This document shows positions 48,291-56,152 of a stretch of 64,000 bases of DNA, piece by piece. Location: NCBI GenBank assembly GCA_964518955.1, contig CAZFHS010000005.1:67175-131174 (forward strand), given 5' to 3'. The notes beneath the pieces are model-generated. The model was not told the DNA's origin, did not search any database, and saw nothing but the letters and a program-made list of their open reading frames with translations. The stretch is from an uncultured Gemmatimonadaceae bacterium. GTDB lineage: Bacteria > Gemmatimonadota > Gemmatimonadetes > Gemmatimonadales > GWC2-71-9. Each line of letters opens with the position of its first letter. Positions within the stretch are counted from its first letter, which is position 1. Both the position numbers and the translations under genes were made by a program.

Positions 48291-49493
48291 ATGAGCTTGC
48301 TCCGTGCGGACCATGCGTTCCTGAACACGCCTACTGTGGTCACAGCTGTCTTCGTGCTGCTTTTGGTGGCGTGCCCTGGCAAAATCGCCGCTCATCCTCC
48401 CCCCCAAACCCAAGGCGAAGTCGTCTGGCAGTTGGATACTCACGACGGACTCCCAGCACCAGTTCAGCGGGCAGCATTCGATCCCCAACGAGGGACGGCG
48501 CTCTTGGCAACTCTCGGCGGTCTGTATGAGGTCGTGGATTCCACGATTAGACCAATTGCCGAACGGCCGGCGCCCGAAGCCAAAATGACCCTCGCTCCCG
48601 GGGGCGGCCTCTATGTTTGGCGCACTCCAAGTGACGGGCCTGAGGCCCTGTGGGCGGCCGACGTGTTCGACATCGACGGCAACCTGTTGGGTAGCCTTCG
48701 CCCGGCGGAAGATCCCGGCGGCTTTGGCGCGCTACTCCTCGGGAATATGGGGCGCCTCATCGTTACCGTCTTGGCGATCGACGACTGGCGTGGAACGCAC
48801 GGTCGATTCCTCTACACCTTTTGGAGCCGCGAGGGCGAGATCTTGAATCGGGTCGAGCGGCCAAGTCAGGAAAGTGCTGTCGTGGCGGCGGATGGCACCT
48901 CACTACTTCTTCTCGGGGAAGATTCAGCCTCGGCCTACGCCTCGGATGGGGAGCCTCTCTGGCAAATCGACGGCGCCTATCGAAACGGCGCCGTAGCCGG
49001 GGACGGAACGATTGCTCTCCTCAACCCCCGCGACAGCCAAGAGATTGGCCATGTCCACGTGGTCACAGATGGACGCCGAACCGAGGTTCTGGAAATGCCG
49101 ACGCCTGTCCATCTCCTCCGATTGGCACCAGACGGGTCGGTCGGAGTGATCAGCGGTATCGGCCGGTATTTCTTCCTCGAATCCGCAACCGGTGAGGTCG
49201 TTGAAGGTGAACGGCTGCCGTTCGACGGGGAGCTGTTTCTGTCCGATCTCGAGCTGGTCGACGACAGCACGCTCGCCGCGGGCGTTCTCTTGCGCGAAGG
49301 AGAGCCGCCCCGGCATAGCTGGCCACGTGGCGGCCTGGCCATCGTATCCCGCGGAGGGGAAATCCACTATCGCGGCGAGTACCCGATCCGCGAGGCCTAT
49401 GCCAGGATACCTGCCGTTGACGTCACCTTCGAAGTGCCTACCGTCATCGGCTTCACCCTTGACACGGCAGTCCGGATCGATTTCGGGCGATAG
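48291..49493 (+). CDS. lipoprotein, beta-propeller-like repeats
   Basis: AGGAG 5 nt before ATG 48291. Lipobox LLLVACPG. Recurrent DG..L/GG.LY strand-like segments. No family assigned. Confidence 0.5.
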   Translation: MSLLRADHAFLNTPTVVTAVFVLLLVACPGKIAAHPPPQTQGEVVWQLDTHDGLPAPVQRAAFDPQRGTALLATLGGLYEVVDSTIRPIAERPAPEAKMTLAPGGGLYVWRTPSDGPEALWAADVFDIDGNLLGSLRPAEDPGGFGALLLGNMGRLIVTVLAIDDWRGTHGRFLYTFWSREGEILNRVERPSQESAVVAADGTSLLLLGEDSASAYASDGEPLWQIDGAYRNGAVAGDGTIALLNPRDSQEIGHVHVVTDGRRTEVLEMPTPVHLLRLAPDGSVGVISGIGRYFFLESATGEVVEGERLPFDGELFLSDLELVDDSTLAAGVLLREGEPPRHSWPRGGLAIVSRGGEIHYRGEYPIREAYARIPAVDVTFEVPTVIGFTLDTAVRIDFGR

Positions 49494-49506
49494 TCGGAGG
49501 TGACAC

Positions 49507-51621
49507 ATGTTGAGAATACCCGACTTCTGTTCTTTGCTCGTCGTATCCCTCGTGTCAACTCTCGTTGCTGCCCCACCGACCCTGGCTCAGACCGGATGGC
49601 CGGTCGAACCAGCCAACGTCGACCACCCAATGGGACAGAGTTTCGGCGAGTTTCAGATCAATGAGAAGCAGCACGTCGGAATCGACATCATGGTGCTGCC
49701 CATGTTCGACGAAAACGACCACGTGAACTTTGCAGCACCGTGGGCGATCGTCACGGTAGCCGGCAAAGTACGAGCAAGAGATCAAGCAATAGACGATGTG
49801 GAATGTAACGATCACTTGTCTCGATACTGCTACATCAGCATCGAACCAACGGATCCTTCGAACCCGGCAGTCTACTACTACAGGCACTTGCAGGTGGACC
49901 CCTACGGCGCTTACCCGGACCTCGTCATTAAACGCATCGTCGGCGATGCGGTAGCCGTCGGTGACAGAATCGCCAAGATAGCCTGGTGGGACTCCAGTGG
50001 TTTCCATCACCTCCATTATGAAATCAAAAACGGTACCGCCTACCTGAATCCACTGGCTGAGATTATCCCGAACCCCGACACCGACCCGCCGCACATAGAA
50101 GACATCTACTTCGCTGTGGACGACAACGACCTTCCTAACCCCAGTGCCGACTGGACGCAATTTCACCCCCGCGCGGGTGGCGCGTGCACGGTCGTTTCCG
50201 GCGAAACGGATATCATTGTGGAAGCAGGCGATAGAGACGACGCGGGAGTTTCTCTGGGTGACCTCGGCCAGCTCTGGGTATACGATATGCGTTGGAGGGC
50301 CTGCCCGGATGCCGACCCCAACTGCCCATGGCAAAACACCCGGCCACTCGACATCATTCCGGACACATGGAAGGACAGTTGGAACGAACACACGCGAGCC
50401 CAGTTCAGCACGCGAGATCCTTGGACCAGCAGCACTTGGTACGACGATCCGGACCCGGACTACGCCATCATCACCAATTACGTTACCGGAGGGGTGAGCG
50501 ATTCTGGGAACTGGGACACGAACGCCATCAGCAATGGCAGCTATTCAGTGAGCGTCGAGCTGACTGACTTCGCAGGCAATAAGACCGTCTTGAACCGCCG
50601 CGCCTGCGTCGAGAATTCCCCTACCCCTATCTGCACCACAGAGCTCACCATTCGGGACAATACCGACGATTATGGTGCGATCCCGTATGTGGGCAGGCCC
50701 TTTTGGGAAAGCCCAGACATCACCTCAAACCCTGGCACCGCGGATGAGGACAAGAACATCCTCGTGGACGCCGACAATCTGATCGAGGTTCGAGCCTGGA
50801 ACAACGGCAGCTGCGACCTTCCGGCCGGAACGACATACGATGTCTGCCTGGGATGGGACCTACCGTCAGCCTCCGTTCCGCATCCCCTGCCTGCGTCTCA
50901 GCAGGTCTCTTGCACGACCGAAACAATCGGCTCCGGTGGCTGGGCAGTTGGTACGAGCCGCACTACGAGCATCACGTGGCATCCGACTGCAGCCGAAGTG
51001 CCCTCGGGGCTGCATTGCCTGGTCGCGTGGATCGACAAATCGCCTGACGACGAGGTTCAGAATACACCATCAGTAGTTCTGGACGACAACCGGGCCCAGC
51101 AGAACATCACCTTCGTTGATGCGCCGAGTCCCCCTACACCGATCTACACCAGCTTCTGGATCAACCCACAGGACATGATGCACGGCCGAAGCATGGCCGC
51201 GACCTTCCGGTATAGCAGAAACCAGCCGACCATAAGCAGGATTCGGCTGCATATTCCGCCCGAGCTGGTGTTGGAAGAGATCATTGGCGGGGCCGTTGTG
51301 GGAGGGTACCGAGGTGACCCGCCGAGAGAACTGTGCGATCTCGAATCAGAAGAGGCGCATCGGCTGTTGTGCGAGCCTTTGGAGGAGCACGACCTGGCAG
51401 GGCTCACGCGCGTCATCGGCGGCATCGACCCGAATGGCAGAATTGTCCTGGAGGGCATCGAAAACGTCAACCAGCCGCTCCATCTCATGCTCGAGGTGTG
51501 GTCCGAAGAGAGCGTTCGCCCGGGTGAGTTCGCCGACATTGAAATCGTCGAACATGGAATCCTCGAGGGGTATGAGGTGGCGATTCCAGTGGGAGGCCTG
51601 ACCATCAAGATCGAGCACTGA
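49507..51621 (+). CDS. secreted M23-family metallopeptidase domain protein with ~500-aa C-terminal extension
   Basis: GGAGGTGA before the ATG. Signal peptide ...PPTLAQT. M23 motifs HVGID (HxxxD) and GFHHLHYEI (HxH) within the first ~190 aa. Confidence 0.6.
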   Translation: MLRIPDFCSLLVVSLVSTLVAAPPTLAQTGWPVEPANVDHPMGQSFGEFQINEKQHVGIDIMVLPMFDENDHVNFAAPWAIVTVAGKVRARDQAIDDVECNDHLSRYCYISIEPTDPSNPAVYYYRHLQVDPYGAYPDLVIKRIVGDAVAVGDRIAKIAWWDSSGFHHLHYEIKNGTAYLNPLAEIIPNPDTDPPHIEDIYFAVDDNDLPNPSADWTQFHPRAGGACTVVSGETDIIVEAGDRDDAGVSLGDLGQLWVYDMRWRACPDADPNCPWQNTRPLDIIPDTWKDSWNEHTRAQFSTRDPWTSSTWYDDPDPDYAIITNYVTGGVSDSGNWDTNAISNGSYSVSVELTDFAGNKTVLNRRACVENSPTPICTTELTIRDNTDDYGAIPYVGRPFWESPDITSNPGTADEDKNILVDADNLIEVRAWNNGSCDLPAGTTYDVCLGWDLPSASVPHPLPASQQVSCTTETIGSGGWAVGTSRTTSITWHPTAAEVPSGLHCLVAWIDKSPDDEVQNTPSVVLDDNRAQQNITFVDAPSPPTPIYTSFWINPQDMMHGRSMAATFRYSRNQPTISRIRLHIPPELVLEEIIGGAVVGGYRGDPPRELCDLESEEAHRLLCEPLEEHDLAGLTRVIGGIDPNGRIVLEGIENVNQPLHLMLEVWSEESVRPGEFADIEIVEHGILEGYEVAIPVGGLTIKIEH

Positions 51622-51659
51622 GGGCAGGGTGCCTACAGTGCTCACCATGTTCCCAAAAA

Positions 51660-51705
51660 GATTGATGGACGCTGGTCGCACCGTGTGCAAACGCGTCCAT
51701 CAATC
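51660..51705 (-). terminator. terminator downstream of the middle tRNA-Ile 3' fragment (P' arm)
   Basis: 13-bp perfect inverted repeat GATTGATGGACGC...GCGTCCATCAATC with an inner GCAC-CGT-GTGC hairpin. On the minus strand it is followed by TTTTT. Confidence 0.55.
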
Positions 51706-51730
51706 ACTCCCGCATCTTCCGCGACCCAAA

Positions 51731-51776
51731 TGGGCCAGGGGGGAATTGAACCTCCGACCTCACGCTTATCAGGAGT
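51731..51776 (-). repeat. direct repeat copy 2: 3'-terminal 46 nt of tRNA-Ile (middle att core)
   Basis: 45/46 identical to 54657-54702 (a instead of c at 51774). Flanked by the P arm on one side and the P' arm on the other. Confidence 0.9.
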
Positions 51777-51901
51777 TTCGGTCCAATCGCCCACCTCCGG
51801 TAACCTCTCTGATTCCAAGGCGATACCCCGCCACTAGCCCGCAATCGGAATCCGCCAATCCTAGACAGTAACGGCTTCAAGTGGCACCGCGAGTGGCACC
51901 A
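51777..51901 (-). repeat. conserved ~125-nt arm (P arm) copy 2
   Basis: See copy 1. This copy ends with the direct repeat GTGGCACC-GCGA-GTGGCACC (plus-strand text). Confidence 0.8.
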
Positions 51902-51923
51902 AGATGCGAGGGGCAGCATTACA

Positions 51924-52484
51924 TCACTTTAAGCTTCGCTTAACGCGCGTCAGACTGAGTTCCTTAGCGGTACCATCTACCCAATCGCGGAGCCTTGTTC
52001 GCCGATCGTCCGGCAGCGGGAGGAGATTGATCAAGCGCACGAGGCGATTGGGATCGATCAGTTGCTCGCGGAGCAAGTGCCGGACAAACTCACGGTCTCT
52101 ATCCCGGAACGCCGCCAGCTTGCTTGCCGCGAGATCATGCGCCTCAAGACAGTAGCCGGTGGCGTTTGCCGTGTTCGCGTTTTGGACCGGCCTGGTCCGC
52201 TCCTTCCAACCACGAGGAAGTATCGCGGTCTCGATCGAGACACCGTGCACATAGAAGCCGTGTGTCTGGTGGAACTGGGATCCCTCCCCCAAGGAGCCAT
52301 CAATGTGATCGACCAGTTCCGGCCGGTTCTTCGGATCCACATCAACCTCGATCGACATGCGCAGCGACTCCGGTGCATCCGGAAGTTGCCCCAAGATGCT
52401 CTGAGAGCCGAACACCCAGAACTCGGCGTCGCCGACCACGTCGCAGGCCGCGCGGATGGCGTGCTCCAGTTCGTCCCGTGTCAC
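51924..52484 (-). CDS. minimal nucleotidyltransferase-fold protein (DUF6036-like)
   Basis: 186 aa. NTase signature FWVFGSQSILG...SIEVDVD (GS...DxD) plus a helical C-terminal half. ATGA overlap with the upstream wHTH gene. Confidence 0.6.
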   Translation of the reverse strand: MTRDELEHAIRAACDVVGDAEFWVFGSQSILGQLPDAPESLRMSIEVDVDPKNRPELVDHIDGSLGEGSQFHQTHGFYVHGVSIETAILPRGWKERTRPVQNANTANATGYCLEAHDLAASKLAAFRDRDREFVRHLLREQLIDPNRLVRLINLLPLPDDRRTRLRDWVDGTAKELSLTRVKRSLK

Positions 52485-53425
52485 CGTGGACCTCGTGAGG
52501 AGGCCGACTGCTCGCCGGCAGCTTGCAGCAACACGACCGGCATCGACTGCCGCAACCGTGTCGCTCTTTCACCATGGCTGACAAGCCACTTGCGGAGTCG
52601 AGGAATGGTCATGGTATCGAGCACCTGCTGCCATTCGCTGAGTGTCTTCGCCTCTTGTGGCGGCGCCGTCGACAGGCGTTTCGCCACTTCGTCGCGCGCC
52701 TCTCGCACCAGTTCCGGACGGCGTTCGAGCGCTGCCGCCGCCCGCCTTGCACGATCTAGGAGAGCATCGTCAGCGGCGGCGTGGGATCGGCGACCGACTC
52801 CACCTCGGACCTTGCCAACCTGTTCGGGTAAAACGCCCCACAGCAGTATGGGATGCCCGGCACCGCACACAGGAGACCAATCGAGAGCCTCGAGATCGGG
52901 ACGCGTCCATCCGCGCACTTGGACGGTCACCTCTTCTCGAGCCCCAACGTCTGCAACCAACTCCTGAAGAGAGTCTGTGAGTGCATCCACTTCACCGCTA
53001 GCCGCCAGCACGCCGACCTCCAATCCCTCGCCATCCGGCGGCACGCGCTCGCGCAACCACACTGCAAAGGCTCCACTCGCGTGTTCTTTAGCCAAGGACT
53101 TGAGTTGATTCACCAATCGGTCGAACCGTTCTGTTTCGGCTTCGAAGAGTTGCTGCATCGCGGGTGCCAGCGGATGCCGCTCATTGAGTTGCACGTGCAG
53201 GTGAGTACCGGTGCCGACTCGCCTTACCAGTCCGTTATCCTCCAGGCGAGTCACAGCGAGCTGAACAGACCGAAGGTGCTCCCCGGCCCTGCGCGCAAGC
53301 TCGCGTACGGACATTGACTCCCGCGTCCGGTCGAGCACCCGCAAGACACGGACTTGGCTCTTCGTGCCCAGGATCGTGTCCAAGGGGGTTCGAACGTTGT
53401 TGGCTTTTGCCTGGTTGGAGGCCAT
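52481..53425 (-). CDS. winged-helix DNA-binding protein with ~220-aa uncharacterised C-terminal domain
   Basis: N-terminus QVRVLRVLDRTRESMSVRELARRAGEHLRSVQLAVTRLEDNGLVRRVGTG is MarR/ArsR-type wHTH. ATG 53425 has GGGAG upstream; an alternative GTG lies at 53434. Confidence 0.6.
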   Translation of the reverse strand: MASNQAKANNVRTPLDTILGTKSQVRVLRVLDRTRESMSVRELARRAGEHLRSVQLAVTRLEDNGLVRRVGTGTHLHVQLNERHPLAPAMQQLFEAETERFDRLVNQLKSLAKEHASGAFAVWLRERVPPDGEGLEVGVLAASGEVDALTDSLQELVADVGAREEVTVQVRGWTRPDLEALDWSPVCGAGHPILLWGVLPEQVGKVRGGVGRRSHAAADDALLDRARRAAAALERRPELVREARDEVAKRLSTAPPQEAKTLSEWQQVLDTMTIPRLRKWLVSHGERATRLRQSMPVVLLQAAGEQSASSRGPR

Positions 53426-53458
53426 GAAAACCACGCTCCCGGCGAACAGACTTATTTC

Positions 53459-53506
53459 TTAGTCGCACGACTTATCTGTTAGTCGTACGACTAAGATGTT
53501 AGTCGT
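53459..53506. promoter_or_regulatory. three phased operator-like repeats (TTAGTCG half-sites) upstream of the wHTH-NTase operon
   Basis: TTAGTCGCACGACTTA (53459-53474) is an imperfect palindrome. TTAGTCGTACGACTAA (53479-53494) is a perfect 16-bp palindrome. TTAGTCGT (53499-53506) is a half-site. The starts are exactly 20 bp apart. Confidence 0.55.
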
Positions 53507-53554
53507 TTGTGATGTGGCGCGCAACCCCCAGAGGGCGCACTACAACCAAAACGG

Positions 53555-54391
53555 GGCTTTGGTGCATGGTTCTGGGTTTCGGTGCATCATTGAGGCGATG
53601 CCCGATCCGGAGTCGCCGCATATGAAGTACCCGAAACGCGGCCAGTACAAGTACGCCAAATCCCCATTCCGGATTCGCAATTGGCCTGAGTACGAGGCGG
53701 GCCTACGCAGACGAGGTGAGATCCCATTTCGTGCGGTCGCGAGCGAGCAGTCGGCCTATCCACCTGCTCATCGACAGTACGGGTCTCAGGATTCACGTCG
53801 GCAATCTGGGGAAGCCACCGAAGAACAGGGCCTGGCGGAAGCTGCACCTTGCAGTTGATGCGCACACCTGCGAGATCATCGCCTCGGATCTGACCAGTCG
53901 TCGAACGTCTGACTACATTCGGGTTCCTGCCCTGCTCGGGCAGATCGACAATCGAGTAACCTCAGTCTCTGCAGATGGTGCCTACGATACCGAGGGCGTT
54001 TACGAAGCCGCTCACGCGCAGGGTGAAGGGCGAGCCATGAGTGTGCTCATCCTACCAAGACGCGACGCCCAGCTGAGTCCAAGGCCATCAGCCGCGATGA
54101 AAGAGAGAATCGGAATATCCGCTCCATCTGCAGACTTGGCCGACGTGAGTGGCACAAGCGGTCGGGCTTCAGCAAACGGAGCATGGTCGAGACCGCAATC
54201 TACCGGTACAAGACAATCATCGGTCGACGCATGAGTACTCGCACCCTGGTAGGCCAACGGGTGGAGGCCCAACTCGCGTGCAGGGTCCTCAACACGATGA
54301 CCCGTCTTGGGATGCCCGACAGCTACCGAGTAGGGTGATCCTCTCGGGGACCAGGAAACCTGGGCTTAGTTCCGAGCCGTGCAACAAGGCC
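53555..54391 (+). mobile_element. decayed IS5-family (IS903-like) insertion sequence
   Basis: Terminal inverted repeats GGCTTTGGTGCATGG (left) and GGCCTTGTTGCACGG (reverse complement of the right end) match 12/15. They resemble the IS903 terminus GGCTTTGTTG. No target-site duplication seen. It is shorter than a typical ~1.05-kb member. Confidence 0.65.
53598..54337 (+). pseudogene. IS5/IS903-type DDE transposase, disrupted
   Basis: Pieces lie in three frames. N-terminus YKYAKSPFRIRNWPEYEAGLRRRGE; core HLLIDSTGLRI...WRKLHLAVD...SADGAYDT; C-terminus RSMVETAIYRYKTIIGRRMSTRTLVGQRVEAQLACRVLNTMTRLGMPDSYRV. The segment between the N-terminus and the core is missing. Confidence 0.7.
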
Positions 54392-54588
54392 CCTTCCTGC
54401 CTGAGGTCGAGTTGCCGACAGGCTTCTGCACGGCGGATGTCGACTGCTGGATCGCTTCGATCCATCACCCACCCCTGCGGAACGCAGTGCGGGAACGATG
54501 GGAGAGGTTCAACAAACGTTACGCCTGACCGCACGAATTCCTGCTCAACAGGCACCACCAACTGGCACCAACAATCCCCGAAAACAAA

Positions 54589-54628
54589 GACGGACGCCGA
54601 CCGCACCGTGTGCAAGCCCGCGCCCATC
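54589..54628 (-). terminator. terminator directly downstream of the intact tRNA-Ile (P' arm)
   Basis: On the minus strand, GAUGGGCGC...GCGUCCGUC forms 9 bp including two G.U pairs, with the same inner GCAC-CGU-GUGC hairpin as at 51660-51705. Followed by UUUGUUUU. Confidence 0.55.
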
Positions 54629-54656
54629 AGTCACTTTCGCGTAATCCGCGACGTTA

Positions 54657-54730
<74 letters not shown>

Positions 54731-54744
54731 AAACAGAAGAACAT

Positions 54745-54772
54745 AATGTAGCATGACATGCGCCGTGGCCAA
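54745..54772 (-). promoter_or_regulatory. candidate sigma70-like promoter for tRNA-Ile
   Basis: Minus strand reads TTGGCC - 16 nt - TACATT, ending 14 nt before the mature tRNA 5' end. The lineage consensus is unknown. Confidence 0.3.
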
Positions 54773-54820
54773 AGGCTCCAAAAACTCAGCCGCTGCTCTT
54801 ACCTTTGATAAGCATAACTC

Positions 54821-56152
54821 ATGGAAGATCTCACTCTCGGATCGGTCCTCATCCGCGGCGCCATAGTTGCCGTTCTGATCGCCGCAAACGCATTCTTCGT
54901 TGCAGCTGAGTTTGCCCTGGTCGCCGCCCGCCGTACGCGCATCGACGAGATGGTGAAGGAGGGCGACCGCAGGGCTAAAACGGTACAAACCGCCCAGGAA
55001 GACCTCAACCGCCTGCTCTCCACCTGTCAGCTGGGGATAACGATCACGTCGATCCTGCTCGGCTACGTCGCAGAAGAGACGGTCGCAGTTCTGCTACACG
55101 ATTGGCTCGCCAGCCTGCCTTCGGCGCTGAGCTTCATGGGGCGAGCCGCCTTCGTATCGGTCGTCGCGATTGGGACGATCTCCTTCCTGCACATGGTAGT
55201 AGGAGAACTCGCCCCGAAGGCTTGGGCGATCACGTTTCCGGAGGCAACGAGCCGCTGGATCGCCGGGCCACTTCTCTTCTTCACTTGGATCACCGGACCT
55301 GTCACTAACTCCCTCAACTGGTGTGCCAATCAGCTCATTCGTCTGCTGGGGGTGAAGGCCCCCGCCACCGGTATCGAGGCGATCCATTCTCCTGCTGAGA
55401 TCATGATGATCGTCAAGCAAAGCAAGGAGTCCGGGCAGCTCGAAGATGAGGATGTGCGCCTGATCGAGGGGGTATTCGAATTCACTGAAAAGAATGCCCG
55501 TGATGTAATGACTCCGCGTACTGAAGTCGTCGGCCTATCGGAAGAATTGTCGATCCAGGATGCTGCCGATCAGGTGGCTGAGGCAGGGCGGTCCAGATAC
55601 CCAGTGTACCGAGAATCGCTCGACGACATCGTCGGCATCGTTCACGCAAAGGAAATCCTCGGCGCCTTACGAGAACGCGGCTCGGATTCAGTTTCGACCC
55701 TGATGCGTCCACCGATCTTTTTGCCCGGCACGCGTGAGGTGGAAGATGTCCTCGCCGACATGCAGCGTCTCAAGGCTCAGATGGCAGTGGTATTGGACGA
55801 ATTCGGCGGCACAGCCGGCGTTGTGACCATGGAAGACATGATCGAAGAGATCGTGGGCGAGATCTACGATGAGTACGACGAAGTCGACCCTCTGCCCGTC
55901 GCGGGCAAAGATGGTGCTACGGTGCCTGGAGATGCCGAAATCGAGGTGTTGAACAAGCAGCTCAAACTGGCTATCGACGGCGGCGAGCACCAAACGATCG
56001 GTGGTCTGGTATTCGGAGCGTTGGGTCGATTGCCCCGCAAAGGCGACCAAGTTCAACAAGACGGGGTCGTGCTAGAAGTGCTGGAGATGGAAAGGCTGCG
56101 GGTAGAGAAGGTGAAGCTGGTAGTCTTGGAGGACAAGACAGAAGACGGCTAG
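54821..56152 (+). CDS. CNNM/TlyC-family protein (DUF21 - CBS pair - CorC_HlyC)
   Basis: N-terminal DUF21 helices (AANAFFVAAEFALV), a CBS pair (ARDVMTPRTEV...) and a C-terminal transporter-associated domain (VLDEFGGTAGVVTMEDMIEEIVGEI). Confidence 0.85.
   Translation: MEDLTLGSVLIRGAIVAVLIAANAFFVAAEFALVAARRTRIDEMVKEGDRRAKTVQTAQEDLNRLLSTCQLGITITSILLGYVAEETVAVLLHDWLASLPSALSFMGRAAFVSVVAIGTISFLHMVVGELAPKAWAITFPEATSRWIAGPLLFFTWITGPVTNSLNWCANQLIRLLGVKAPATGIEAIHSPAEIMMIVKQSKESGQLEDEDVRLIEGVFEFTEKNARDVMTPRTEVVGLSEELSIQDAADQVAEAGRSRYPVYRESLDDIVGIVHAKEILGALRERGSDSVSTLMRPPIFLPGTREVEDVLADMQRLKAQMAVVLDEFGGTAGVVTMEDMIEEIVGEIYDEYDEVDPLPVAGKDGATVPGDAEIEVLNKQLKLAIDGGEHQTIGGLVFGALGRLPRKGDQVQQDGVVLEVLEMERLRVEKVKLVVLEDKTEDG

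Larger units (their letters stand above)
44527..51776 (-). mobile_element. putative integrated island 1 (bounded by att cores 1 and 2), no recombinase gene seen
   Basis: P-O-B' junction at the 44.5-kb end and P-O-P' junction at the 51.7-kb end. Cargo is a kinase, a lipoprotein, an M23 protein and a micro membrane protein. Confidence 0.5.

Noticed and set aside
52062-52967. 301-aa plus-strand ORF
   Set aside because: Its Arg/Ser/Pro/Ala-rich composition is typical of an antisense shadow ORF in high-GC DNA. It lies entirely opposite the wHTH and NTase genes, which have recognisable motifs and an ATGA-coupled junction.
54289-54627. 112-aa minus-strand ORF next to the tRNA as a possible integrase or excisionase remnant
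   Set aside because: No recombinase-like motifs (no R..H.R..Y pattern, no HTH I can recognise). It has an odd composition and overlaps the IS right end.
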